Assembly: GCA_046292385.1 (NCBI GenBank)
Contig: JBKBRF010000017.1
Location: forward strand, 32,001-96,000
Reading direction: 5' to 3'
Length of the DNA stretch: 64,000 nt
Source: Armatimonadota bacterium
GTDB lineage: Bacteria; Armatimonadota; SYMT01
Positions 45,436-54,699 of this stretch are shown here, piece by piece. Numbering within the stretch: the first letter of the stretch is position 1; each line of letters starts with the position of its first letter. The notes below the pieces were generated by a model. The model was not told the DNA's origin, made no database searches, and saw only the letters and a list, made by a program, of their open reading frames with translations. The position numbers were made by a program, and so were the translations under genes.

Positions 45436-46848
45436 TCAGCGTCCGCGGCGGCTGCCGGGGGCGGGGTAGCGCTTCGACGCATCGTCCAGCACCAGGACCC
45501 AGTCGATCTGCTCCCCCGCGTCCGGCGGGGTGAACCGGTGGGTGCCGGTGTTGGGGAGCTCGCCGATCGCGGTGGCGCGGCCGGTGCGGGGATTGAACCA
45601 CCACGCCTTGACCTTGTTGCCGTGGATCTTGTCCATCTGCACGGAGAACGGCCGCCCGATCGGCGCATAGACCATCGCGTAGGTGCCCGCCTCGTCCCGC
45701 GTGGCGACATACCGCCGCGTGCCCGCGCCGGGGACGGAGGTCGGGACGGCGTCGGTCACGACGATCGAGTCGTCTGGCACGCGCGTCAGGAACGGCCGGC
45801 TCTCGATCAGCCAGCGCCCGTACTGCATCTGCGCGGCGCCGGGCTGGTCGATCGCCTCGTGCCACGGCAGCAGCGGATTGTTGATCGGGGCGCGGCCGGG
45901 CTGCCACATCTGCCACACCGAGTGGTGCCCGTAGGTATGCCCGAACGCGCCCGTGAAGAGGTCCCAGTAGAGCGGCCGGCGCACGTCGGCGGAGATCGAG
46001 TGGCCCAGGATCTTCGCATTGAAGGAGACCGGGTGGTCCTCGTAGACCGGCTCGCCATCCAGCACCGGCTTTACCGGGGTGCGGTCGTAGTCGGCCTTCG
46101 TGGCGTCGTAGCGGCCGGTGAACTCCACCGCGTGCCCGTTCTGGCGCATGTTGAAGTCGAGCCACTCCTCCCCGTGAAACCACTGGGCGGAGCCGGCGCC
46201 GCCGGGCGGGTGGAACGTGATCAGGTGGCGACCGCCGTCTCCCCGGCGGATCCCGCGGGCCATCGCGCGGATGATCTCCCGGTGGCCGTCACTCTCGATC
46301 GGCCGGTCGCCGCCCACGATCCAGATCACGCTCCGGTCGCGGTACCGCCGCGCCAGCCACTCGCCGTAGGCTTCCGCGTTCGACGGTGTAAAGATCTCCG
46401 GCCCCACGCCCCACTTCTTGTTCCACTTGTCGCCCCAGGTCGGGAGCATGCCGATGGTGAGCCCCAGCTCGTTGGCGCGCTCGACGATCCAGTCGACGTG
46501 CTTCCAGTACTCCTCGTTCGGCTGGGTGGGGTCGTTGTTCTTCAGCGGCCGATGTCCGTATGGGTTGGGGTCGTTCAGGCCGTCCAACTCCGCCAGCGCC
46601 ACCGCCTGGATGACGGTGAAGCCGTTCTTCGCGCGGTTCCGCAGGTAGCGGTCCGCCTCTTCCCGGTTCAGCCGGTGGAACAGCTCCCACGCCGTGTCGC
46701 CCAGGTAAAAGAACGGCTGCCCGTTCTCCTGCACCAGAAACCGCCGGTTTTCGCTTACCCGCAGCCGAGCGGGAGCCGGGGCGGCACTGCCCGCCGTCAC
46801 CGCCAGCACGGAGACCAGCAGCAGCGCGGTCATCACGAATCGCTCCAT
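45436..46848 (-). CDS. DUF4038 / GH140 apiosidase-like glycoside hydrolase
   Basis: [64 protein letters not shown]. Confidence 0.9.
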   Translation of the reverse strand: MERFVMTALLLVSVLAVTAGSAAPAPARLRVSENRRFLVQENGQPFFYLGDTAWELFHRLNREEADRYLRNRAKNGFTVIQAVALAELDGLNDPNPYGHRPLKNNDPTQPNEEYWKHVDWIVERANELGLTIGMLPTWGDKWNKKWGVGPEIFTPSNAEAYGEWLARRYRDRSVIWIVGGDRPIESDGHREIIRAMARGIRRGDGGRHLITFHPPGGAGSAQWFHGEEWLDFNMRQNGHAVEFTGRYDATKADYDRTPVKPVLDGEPVYEDHPVSFNAKILGHSISADVRRPLYWDLFTGAFGHTYGHHSVWQMWQPGRAPINNPLLPWHEAIDQPGAAQMQYGRWLIESRPFLTRVPDDSIVVTDAVPTSVPGAGTRRYVATRDEAGTYAMVYAPIGRPFSVQMDKIHGNKVKAWWFNPRTGRATAIGELPNTGTHRFTPPDAGEQIDWVLVLDDASKRYPAPGSRRGR

Positions 46849-46955
46849 GGGGTTTTCTCCGTCTCGAGCCCTCCGTACCCAGGCACTCCTACTCCTGCTC
46901 GTACTCGTTCTCCTTCTCGAAGGCATTCCGGTCTCTCCGCACACCCGAAAGATAC

Positions 46956-46990
46956 GCAGGAGGATCTTACTACACGTAAAATGTACCTGC
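46956..46990. promoter_or_regulatory. Imperfect inverted repeat, candidate operator of the molybdate operon regulator
   Basis: GCAGG..AT.TTAC-N5-GTAA.AT..CCTGC in an AT-rich patch 19 bp before the GTG start. Confidence 0.5.
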
Positions 46991-47008
46991 ATCGGGAGGG
47001 AGGCGGCG

Positions 47009-48139
47009 GTGAAGAGTGAAGGCGAGCTGCGGAACCAGCTCCGCGCCGTGCGGACCCGCCTGGGCCTGAGTCAGCAGGAGCTGGCGGCGGCGGCGGGCAT
47101 TACGCGGCAGACGGTCGGCGGCATCGAGGGGGAGCTCTACGCTCCTTCCGCCAGTGTGGCACTCAAGCTCGCGCGCGCGCTCGGCTGCCGGGTGGAGGAG
47201 CTGTTCTGGCTGGACGGCGACCCCGCCTCGGTCCCTGCGGTGCCCGCGGAGGGGCTGCCGGAGGGGGACGGCCTCCGCATAGCGCTGGCGCGGGTCGGCG
47301 CGCGCTGGGTCGCCCATCCGCTGCTCGGGGACGATGCCGTGCGGGAGGAAATGGTCCCCTGCGACGGCCTGGCCGCGCATTCCGGCGGCGGCGCGGTGGT
47401 GCGGCTGCTGGATGACGCCGGCGCGCTGGAGCGGACAGTCGCCCTCGCCGGCTGCACCCCCGCCCTCTCGCTCTGGGCACGCGCCGCGGAGCGGTGGCAC
47501 CCGGGGCTGCGGGTCCACTGGAGCTTCGCCAACAGCAGCCGGGCGCTGGCGAGCCTGGCGCGGGGGGAGGTCCACCTGGCGGGGCTGCACCTCTGCGATC
47601 CCCGCACCGGAGAGTTCAACACGCCGTTCGTGCGGGCGGCGCTCCGCGGCCGGGCGGTGACGCTGGTGAACCTGGGGACCTGGGAAGAGGGCTTCCTGGT
47701 GCGCGCAAGCAACCCGCTCGGCCTCCGCGGCGGCGCCGACCTGGCCCGGCCGGACGTGCGCCTCGTCAACCGGGAGGCGGGTGCCGGCTCGCGCCTGCTG
47801 CTCGACGAGACCCTCGCCGCCGCCGGGGTCTCGCCGGACGGGGTGCGCGGCTACACGGAGACGGTGCGGGGACATTGGGAGGTCGCGCGGGCGGTCGCCT
47901 CGGGCGCCGCCGACGTGGGCGTGAGCACCGCCACCGTCGCGCTCGCCTACGGGCTCGGCTTCCTCCCGCTGCGCGAGGTCCGGTACGACCTGGCCGTGCT
48001 GAACGAGTACCGGGAGCACGAGCCGGTGCGGCAGCTCCTCGCCACGCTGGGGCACCGCTGGATCCGCTCGCAGCTCGGGGTGCTGGGAGGCTACGACACC
48101 ACGCGGACCGGCGAGGTGGTGGCGGAGGTCGCGGCGTGA
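47009..48139 (+). CDS. XRE-HTH plus periplasmic-binding-protein-like (molybdate) transcriptional regulator
   Basis: [48 protein letters not shown]; first gene of the modABC operon. Confidence 0.88.
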   Translation: MKSEGELRNQLRAVRTRLGLSQQELAAAAGITRQTVGGIEGELYAPSASVALKLARALGCRVEELFWLDGDPASVPAVPAEGLPEGDGLRIALARVGARWVAHPLLGDDAVREEMVPCDGLAAHSGGGAVVRLLDDAGALERTVALAGCTPALSLWARAAERWHPGLRVHWSFANSSRALASLARGEVHLAGLHLCDPRTGEFNTPFVRAALRGRAVTLVNLGTWEEGFLVRASNPLGLRGGADLARPDVRLVNREAGAGSRLLLDETLAAAGVSPDGVRGYTETVRGHWEVARAVASGAADVGVSTATVALAYGLGFLPLREVRYDLAVLNEYREHEPVRQLLATLGHRWIRSQLGVLGGYDTTRTGEVVAEVAA

Positions 48140-48918
48140 ATCGTCCTCTCCTCTGGCTCGCCCTTGCCGTGCTGTCCGCGACCGCACTCTCGTGTGCGCC
48201 AGGGGGTAAGTCGGAAGGGGACCGCACGCTCACGGTCTACGCGGCGGCGTCACTCACCGACGCCTTCAACGAGCTGGGACCGGCGTTCGAGCGCGCCCAT
48301 CCCGGCTGGCGCGTGCGCGTCAGCTACGGCGCCTCCTCCACGCTGCGGACGCAGATCGAGCAGGGCGCACCCGCGGACCTCTTCGCCTCCGCCGACTGGC
48401 AGCAGATGGAGCCACTGGCCGGCGCGAGCCGCGTGGAGACGCCGGTGGCGTTCGCGCGCAACCGGCTGGCAATCGCCGTGCCGGAGGGGAACCCCGGCGG
48501 CATCCGCTCCCCTCGCGATCTCGCCCGTCCGGGCCTCCGCCTCGTGACCGCCGCCGGCACGGTGCCGGTCGGCCGCTACACGCAGGAGGCGCTGGAAAAG
48601 CTCGGCCGCATGGAGGGTTATCCGAACGACTTCGCGGGCGCGGTGAACCGGAGCGTCGTCTCCCAGGAGAGCAACGTGCGCGCCGTGCTGGCCAAAGTGG
48701 AGCTGGGAGAGGCGGACGCGGGCATCGTCTACGAGACCGACTTCCGCAGCTCCGCGCACGTGAAGGCGGTGGAGATTCCCGCCGGCGCAAACGTGGAGGC
48801 GTCGTACCCGATCGCCGTGGTCGCCGGAACCCGGAACGCGGAGGGCGCTCGGGAGCTCGCGCGGTTCGTCACCGGGGAAGCGGGGCAGGCGATCCTGCGC
48901 CGTCACGGGTTCCGGTAG
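48136..48918 (+). CDS. modA: Molybdate ABC transporter substrate-binding lipoprotein
   Basis: VYAAASLTDAF, GASSTL, GAPADLFASA, VPVGRY, NVRAVL...GEADAGIVY. Confidence 0.95.
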   Translation: MNRPLLWLALAVLSATALSCAPGGKSEGDRTLTVYAAASLTDAFNELGPAFERAHPGWRVRVSYGASSTLRTQIEQGAPADLFASADWQQMEPLAGASRVETPVAFARNRLAIAVPEGNPGGIRSPRDLARPGLRLVTAAGTVPVGRYTQEALEKLGRMEGYPNDFAGAVNRSVVSQESNVRAVLAKVELGEADAGIVYETDFRSSAHVKAVEIPAGANVEASYPIAVVAGTRNAEGARELARFVTGEAGQAILRRHGFR

Positions 48919-48928
48919 CGGAGACGAG

Positions 48929-49762
48929 ATGACGGAACGGGCACAGCCGGGGCAGCGAAGCACGACGGGGGCGGTGGCCGAGCGCCGGGAGGGGAGGGCT
49001 CTCCTCGCCGTGGCGTCGCTGCTGCTGCTCCTGCTGCTCGGGATACCGCTTTTCGCGCTGGTGCGGGCGGCGGCGCCTGCGGAGGTGGCGGCGCGCCTGG
49101 GCGATCCGCTGGTGCTCTCCGCGCTCCGGCTGAGCCTGGTCACCAGCGGGATCGCGACCCTGGTCTGCGTGCTGCTCGGCCTGCCGCTCGCCTACCTGCT
49201 GGCGCGGCACCGATTCCCCGGGGCGGCGGCGGTCGACACGCTGATCGACCTCCCGATGACGATGCCGCCGGTGGTCGCCGGCGTGGCGCTCCTGCTCACC
49301 TTTGGCCGCGTCGGGCTCCTCGGCCGCCACCTGGAAGCGGCGGGGGTGCAGGTGGCGTTCTCCACCCTGGCGGTGGTGCTGGCGCAGACCTTCATGGCCG
49401 CGCCGTTCTTCGTCCGCGCCGCCCGCGCCGGCTTCGAAGCGGTGCCACTCTCGCTGGAGCAGGCGGCGATGACCCTGGGGCGCAACCGGTGGGGCGTCTT
49501 CTGGACCATCTCCGTCCCGCTCGCCGCACCGGCGCTCGGCGCCGGGGCGGTGCTCTGCTGGGCGCGCGCTCTGAGCGAGTTCGGCGCGACGATGATGTTC
49601 GCCGGCAACCGCCCCGAGGTCACCCAGACGCTGCCGCTCGCGGTGATGAGCGCCATGGAGACCAATCTGCAGCTCGCCATCACGATCTCGCTGCTCTCCC
49701 TGCTGCTGGCGTTCGGAGCGCTGGCGGGCGTGCGGCTGCTGGTGCGGCGGTGGGGCCGATGA
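48929..49762 (+). CDS. modB: Molybdate ABC transporter permease
   Basis: LPMTMPPVVAG, WARALSEFGATMMFAGN, TQTLPL. Confidence 0.95.
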   Translation: MTERAQPGQRSTTGAVAERREGRALLAVASLLLLLLLGIPLFALVRAAAPAEVAARLGDPLVLSALRLSLVTSGIATLVCVLLGLPLAYLLARHRFPGAAAVDTLIDLPMTMPPVVAGVALLLTFGRVGLLGRHLEAAGVQVAFSTLAVVLAQTFMAAPFFVRAARAGFEAVPLSLEQAAMTLGRNRWGVFWTISVPLAAPALGAGAVLCWARALSEFGATMMFAGNRPEVTQTLPLAVMSAMETNLQLAITISLLSLLLAFGALAGVRLLVRRWGR

Positions 49763-50841
49763 ACGGGGGACTGGCGCTGGAGATCGGGCTCGCGCGTCCC
49801 GGCTTCGAGCTGGAGGTGGAGCTCACCGTCGAGCCGGGGGAGACGGTGGTGCTGGTCGGCCCCAGCGGCAGCGGCAAGACGACCACCCTCCGCGCCATCG
49901 CCGGGCTGGTGCGTCCGGACCGCGGCCGGATCACGATTGCGGGGCGGGCGGTGCTCGACACGGAGCGGCGGATCGACCTGCCCCCGTGGGAGCGGCGGGT
50001 CGGCTACGTCTTCCAGGACTACGCGCTCTTTCCGCACCTGACGGTGGAGCAGAACCTCCGGTACGGCCTCCGCTCCCGGGACGCGAATTCGGGCGACCGC
50101 GTCCGGGAGTGGCTGCAGGCCCTCGGGATCGCGGAGCTGGCGCACCGACGGCCGGACCGGCTTTCCGGCGGGCAGCAGCAGCGGGTCGCGCTCGCCCGCG
50201 CCGCCGTGAGCGACTCCGACCTGCTCCTCCTGGACGAGCCATTCGGCTCCCTCGACGCCGCCACCCGGCGCAGCGTGCGGAACGAGCTGCGGGACTACCT
50301 GCGCCGCGCCGCGCGGACCGCGCTGCTGGTGAGCCACGACTACCTCGACGCGCTCACGCTGGGCGACCGCATCGCGGTGCTGGAGGAGGGGCGGCTGGTG
50401 CAGGTCGGCTCCCGCGAGGAAGTGCTGCGCCGTCCCCGCACCCCGTTCCTGGCGGCGCTCACCGGGCACAACGTGCTGGAGGGCACCCTGCAGCCGCCGG
50501 CGCCCGGCGCCGAAGAGCGGGAGGCCGCCGCCGGGCCGCTCCGCTTCCACGTCGCTGGCGGCACCGAGCTGCCGGCGGGCCCCGTCTTCCTCGCCTTCGG
50601 GCCGCAGGAGGTCACCCTGCTGCGGGAGGCCCCCGGCGCCGCCTCGCTCTCCGCCCGCAACCGCTTCCCCGCGACGGTGCGGGAGATCGTTCCGCTGCCG
50701 GACCGCCTGCGCGTCTACCTCGACGCCGGCCTGCCGCTCATGGCCGACGTGGTCCCCTCCGCCGCCGCGGAGCTCGGACTCCGCGAGGGCGCTCCGGTAA
50801 CCGCCGCGATCAAGTCGACCGCCATCGAGGTCTACCGGTAA
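49759..50841 (+). CDS. modC: Molybdate ABC transporter ATPase with TOBE domain
   Basis: GPSGSGKTT, FQDYALFPHL, LSGGQQQR, LLDEPF, SARN...IKSTAI. Confidence 0.93.
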   Translation: MNGGLALEIGLARPGFELEVELTVEPGETVVLVGPSGSGKTTTLRAIAGLVRPDRGRITIAGRAVLDTERRIDLPPWERRVGYVFQDYALFPHLTVEQNLRYGLRSRDANSGDRVREWLQALGIAELAHRRPDRLSGGQQQRVALARAAVSDSDLLLLDEPFGSLDAATRRSVRNELRDYLRRAARTALLVSHDYLDALTLGDRIAVLEEGRLVQVGSREEVLRRPRTPFLAALTGHNVLEGTLQPPAPGAEEREAAAGPLRFHVAGGTELPAGPVFLAFGPQEVTLLREAPGAASLSARNRFPATVREIVPLPDRLRVYLDAGLPLMADVVPSAAAELGLREGAPVTAAIKSTAIEVYR

Positions 50842-50984
50842 CGATAAGCTCGACCCGTGGCGTTCGGAGGCGGAGCCGGAGAACGCCCCTTGTGACCGCC
50901 CCTGGGCGCAGGGACGGTAGCTCGACCGACCAGGGCTCGGGGTCGGGCCCACGGAGCCAACGCTGCCGGGCGGACTGAAAACGC

Positions 50985-51020
50985 GAAGGGGGAGCGGCCT
51001 CGAAAGACCGCTCCCCCTTC
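50985..51020. terminator. Hairpin terminator between convergent modC and the HAF-repeat gene
   Basis: GAAGGGGGAGCGG-CCTCGAAAGA-CCGCTCCCCCTTC; on the minus strand it is followed by GCGTTTT. Confidence 0.65.
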
Positions 51021-51045
51021 CGATCCAACCTCACTCAACGGCCGA

Positions 51046-52557
51046 TTACTTGAATCCGATCAGCACCGGAAGCTGGTTGGAGACGAGGGTGTTGTTGTGC
51101 TCCTCGCTCTCCGCGATCTGGTTGCTGTGGTCCACAATCGCAAAGACGTACTTGCCCTGCACCACCTGGTAGAGCTCCGCCGAGAGCTTCCCGATCTTCA
51201 GCTTCACGGTGTCCGACTTCTTCCCGTTTAGCGCCGGAACGGTCGCCTGCACCACCCGCTTGCCGATCGCGAGCGGCAGGTCGTCTTCGCTCAGGGTGGC
51301 GTCGCTGGAGAGCACGAAGGCCACCTTCGCCGCCTTGGTCTTGCCCTTGCCGAGGTTGCTCACCTTCAGCACGCCGCTCAGAGCGTACTTCGTCCTGCGC
51401 GCCTTGCCCTCTTTCTTCACCTTCAGCTTGAACTGCGTGGGGTGCAGGTCCGCCAGGCTGCCGCCGCCGTCCCCGCCGCCGGGAGTGAGAATGTAGGAGC
51501 TGTAGTCGATTCCGTCCCACGCCTGCGTCGCGATCTGGCCTGCGTTGTTGATGTCGGTGGCGGAGATGATGAAGTCGTGGCCGCGGCGGCCCAGCACGTT
51601 CTTCAGGGAGACCATCTGCCCGTTCTCCCAGAGGAACGGTACATAGTTGGAGTTCCCGACTACCTGTCCGCGGTTATTGATCGCGAACGCGGCCGTGCCG
51701 CGAAGATACTGGTTCTCCGCCGGCAGGTTGCCGAGGTCCGTGATCGTGCCGTTCCGGTAGAGGAACGCGCGGTTCTCCCCGTGCGCCGTGCCCACGTCCG
51801 GGAGGGACGCCATGCCGACCACGTCGCCGGAGTCGTTGATGTCCGTCGCGTAGTGGCCGTTCGTACCGCCGAAGCCCGGCAGGGCGATCGGCACGCTGCT
51901 TCCTGCCTCCCAGAGCGCCGCGAATTCGTTGTACTCCTCGCCGTAGGTGGTGCCGACGATCTGTCCGTGGCTGTTGATGGCTCGCGCGATGCCCGGGCCG
52001 AGGTCGCGCAGGCCGGTCGCCTCATTCCAGGCGACGGCGTGCGAATCGGACTGGCCCACCACGGTCCGGTCGTCCGAGATGCCGAAGGCCGCACTGAAGT
52101 ACTCGGAGCTGAAGCTCTCCCCCAGGTCGACGAGCTGCTGCTCCGCAGCCTTCCAGAGGAACGCGTGGTAGGTCTCGTCCTCGCCGACCGCGCGCTGGGC
52201 CTCGCCCACCACGTCGCCCTGGCTGTTGATCCCGTAAGCCCGACCGTGGGTGCCTTCCGGGCCGAGGGTCGGCAGGATCGTCATCTTGATCTCGGCGCGG
52301 GGATCGTAGACGAACGGCCGGGTCACGCCCTCGTCCTGCAGCTCTCCGACGGCGACGCCGTTCTCGTTGATCGCGCTGACGAAGAGATATCCCGGCCAGG
52401 CGATCTTCTCGCCGGTAAAACTGAGCGCCGCCGCCTGAACGGAGGCGGAGGCGGAGCGGACCGCCAGCAGGCCGGCGGAGCCGGTGCAGAGGAGCGCGAG
52501 GGAAGCGGAAAGCACGCCCGCAAACCGGCGCGAGCGGAGACCAATCAGAGGGCTCAA
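51046..52557 (-). CDS. Secreted HAF-repeat (beta-propeller) protein with C-terminal CARDB-like domain
   Basis: Repeated A.GIN..GQ.VG / HAFLW / DLG motifs; TTG start after AGGAG. Confidence 0.88.
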   Translation of the reverse strand: MSPLIGLRSRRFAGVLSASLALLCTGSAGLLAVRSASASVQAAALSFTGEKIAWPGYLFVSAINENGVAVGELQDEGVTRPFVYDPRAEIKMTILPTLGPEGTHGRAYGINSQGDVVGEAQRAVGEDETYHAFLWKAAEQQLVDLGESFSSEYFSAAFGISDDRTVVGQSDSHAVAWNEATGLRDLGPGIARAINSHGQIVGTTYGEEYNEFAALWEAGSSVPIALPGFGGTNGHYATDINDSGDVVGMASLPDVGTAHGENRAFLYRNGTITDLGNLPAENQYLRGTAAFAINNRGQVVGNSNYVPFLWENGQMVSLKNVLGRRGHDFIISATDINNAGQIATQAWDGIDYSSYILTPGGGDGGGSLADLHPTQFKLKVKKEGKARRTKYALSGVLKVSNLGKGKTKAAKVAFVLSSDATLSEDDLPLAIGKRVVQATVPALNGKKSDTVKLKIGKLSAELYQVVQGKYVFAIVDHSNQIAESEEHNNTLVSNQLPVLIGFK

Positions 52558-52917
52558 GGGGAACTCCTGGTGAAAGAGCGCCTCCGTGGGGCTGCGGAGA
52601 AGAGGCGCTTGCGGGGGGAACTGGCTGTCGCCAGCATGATAGCTCTCAGAGCCACCCTATAGGATATTGGCTTCTATCCGCACTCAATGCAGCAATTCCA
52701 GCGGAGTTCTTTCGCTCGGCGGACGAGCTGGCGCCGCTGCGGAATGACGCGTAGACACCAGCGCGAAGTTCGGTATCCTTCCCAAAAGGCGCGGCCGCCG
52801 GCACCTGTCTCCGCGGCCGGGCCCGCCCCGCGAAGAGAACCGAGCGCAGGAGACTGGCTGAGCGGAAGCGGCAGCGCGCTGAGATCCGGTGGGACCGCGA
52901 TGCGAAGGGAGGTTCCC

Positions 52918-53604
52918 ATGGAGACCACGCGGCGGCAGGTGTTGACGGCGGCAGCCGGACTGGGGCTGGCGCTCTCCGGGATGAGCGGAGCAGCGGAGGA
53001 GAAGGGGATGGAGGAAATCCCGGCCACCGAGGACCTGATGCGGGAGCACGGGGTCCTGGACCGGGTGCTCCTGATCTACGAGGAGGGAATCCGGCGCATC
53101 CGGAGCCGGGAGGAAGTGGCGCCGGAACTGTTCACGCACACGGCGCAGCTCGTGCGGAAGTTCGTCGAGGATTACCACGAGAAGCTGGAAGAGCAGTTCA
53201 TCTTCCCGGCCTTCCGGAACGCGAACCGGCACACGGACCTCGTGACCACCCTCAAACGGCAGCACGAGGCGGGGCGGGCGGTCACCGACGCGATACTGCG
53301 GCTGGCAGCCCCCGACCGGTTCCGCAGCCGGGAGGAGCGCGGCAGGCTCGCGGACGCGGCGGCGTCGTTCATCCGGATGTACCGTCCCCACTCCGCACGG
53401 GAGGACACAGTGCTCTTTCCGGCTCTGCGGGAGATCCTCACCGCGAAGCAGATCGACGAGCTGGGCGAGCAGTTCGAAGAGCAGGAGCACAAGCTTTTCG
53501 GCGAGGAGGGCTTCGAGAAGACCGTGTCGGCGGTGGCCGGGATCGAGCGGCAGCTCGGCATCTACGATCTCGACCAGTTCACGCCGCGTCCACCGTGCTC
53601 CTGA
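52918..53604 (+). CDS. Tat-exported hemerythrin-like domain protein
   Basis: TTRRQVL signal; EDLMREH, DYHEKLEE, QHEAGR, HSAREDTVLFP. Confidence 0.88.
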   Translation: METTRRQVLTAAAGLGLALSGMSGAAEEKGMEEIPATEDLMREHGVLDRVLLIYEEGIRRIRSREEVAPELFTHTAQLVRKFVEDYHEKLEEQFIFPAFRNANRHTDLVTTLKRQHEAGRAVTDAILRLAAPDRFRSREERGRLADAAASFIRMYRPHSAREDTVLFPALREILTAKQIDELGEQFEEQEHKLFGEEGFEKTVSAVAGIERQLGIYDLDQFTPRPPCS

Positions 53605-53771
53605 GCTCGCTGCACGGGCGAGAGCCGGTCGGTCCCGACCAGACCGGAGGCCGCCGCCGCGGGATGCGGCCTCCGGTCTTACTCTTCCTCTTCCACCACT
53701 ACAGGAGGATTCCGCCGGGCGGCGAACCGGGGCATGGTAGTGCCGGTATCCGCGCGCAGAAGGAGGAGGCC

Positions 53772-54638
53772 ATGGACCAGCGAATCATCGATCTCTACGA
53801 CGAGTACACCCACGTGCCTCTCGACCGGAGGGTGTTCCTGGAGCGGCTGACCCGGCTCACCGGCAGCGCGGCCGCGGCGCTGGCCCTGGTGCCGCTCCTG
53901 GAGGCGAGACAGGCGAGCGCCGCGATCGTTCCGGCGGATGACGCGAGGTTGGAGACGTCGCGGATCACCTACCCGGGAGAGACGGGCGAGATCAAGGGCT
54001 ACCTGGCGCGGCCGAAGGGCGCGGGGAAGCTGCCGGCGGTAATCGTAATCCACGAAAACCGGGGGCTGAACGCGCACATCGAGGACGTGGCCCGGCGCAT
54101 GGCCCTGGAGGGCTTCCTGGCGCTGGCGCCCGACATGCTCTCCCCGCTCGGCGGCACGCCCGCGGACGAGGATGCGGCCCGCCAGATGTTCGGAAGGCTG
54201 GACGCGGGACAGACGGTGCAGAACCTGATCCGGGCCGTCGCGTTCCTGGAGAAGCACCCGCAGGCTAACGGCAGGGTGGGCGCCGTCGGGTTCTGCTGGG
54301 GCGGCGGGATGGTCGGCGAGCTGGCAGTCGCCTCACCCGCTCTCGACGCCGGCGTGGTCTACTACGGACGGCAGCCGCGCGCCGAGGACGTGCCGAAGAT
54401 CCAGGCGCCGCTGCTGCTCCACTACGCAGGGCTGGACACCCGGATCAACGCCGGCATCCCCGCCTTCGAAGAGGCGCTGAAGGCCGCGAATAAGAAGTAC
54501 ACGCTCCACGTCTACGAAGGCGCGAACCACGCGTTCAACAACGATACCTCGGAGGCCCGCTACAACAAGCAGGTCGCGGACCAGGCGTGGGCGCGGACGG
54601 TCGCCTTCTTCAAGGAGCACCTGAAGGCCGCGGACTGA
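53772..54638 (+). CDS. Dienelactone hydrolase family protein (YghX-like)
   Basis: IDLYDEYTH..DRRVFL, IHENRGLN, GFCWGG, NHAFNND. Confidence 0.93.
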   Translation: MDQRIIDLYDEYTHVPLDRRVFLERLTRLTGSAAAALALVPLLEARQASAAIVPADDARLETSRITYPGETGEIKGYLARPKGAGKLPAVIVIHENRGLNAHIEDVARRMALEGFLALAPDMLSPLGGTPADEDAARQMFGRLDAGQTVQNLIRAVAFLEKHPQANGRVGAVGFCWGGGMVGELAVASPALDAGVVYYGRQPRAEDVPKIQAPLLLHYAGLDTRINAGIPAFEEALKAANKKYTLHVYEGANHAFNNDTSEARYNKQVADQAWARTVAFFKEHLKAAD

Positions 54639-54699
54639 GTGGGTGAGTGGGGGAATGGGAGAGTGGGGGAAAGCGCTCTCTCACTCCTCCTCTCTCACC

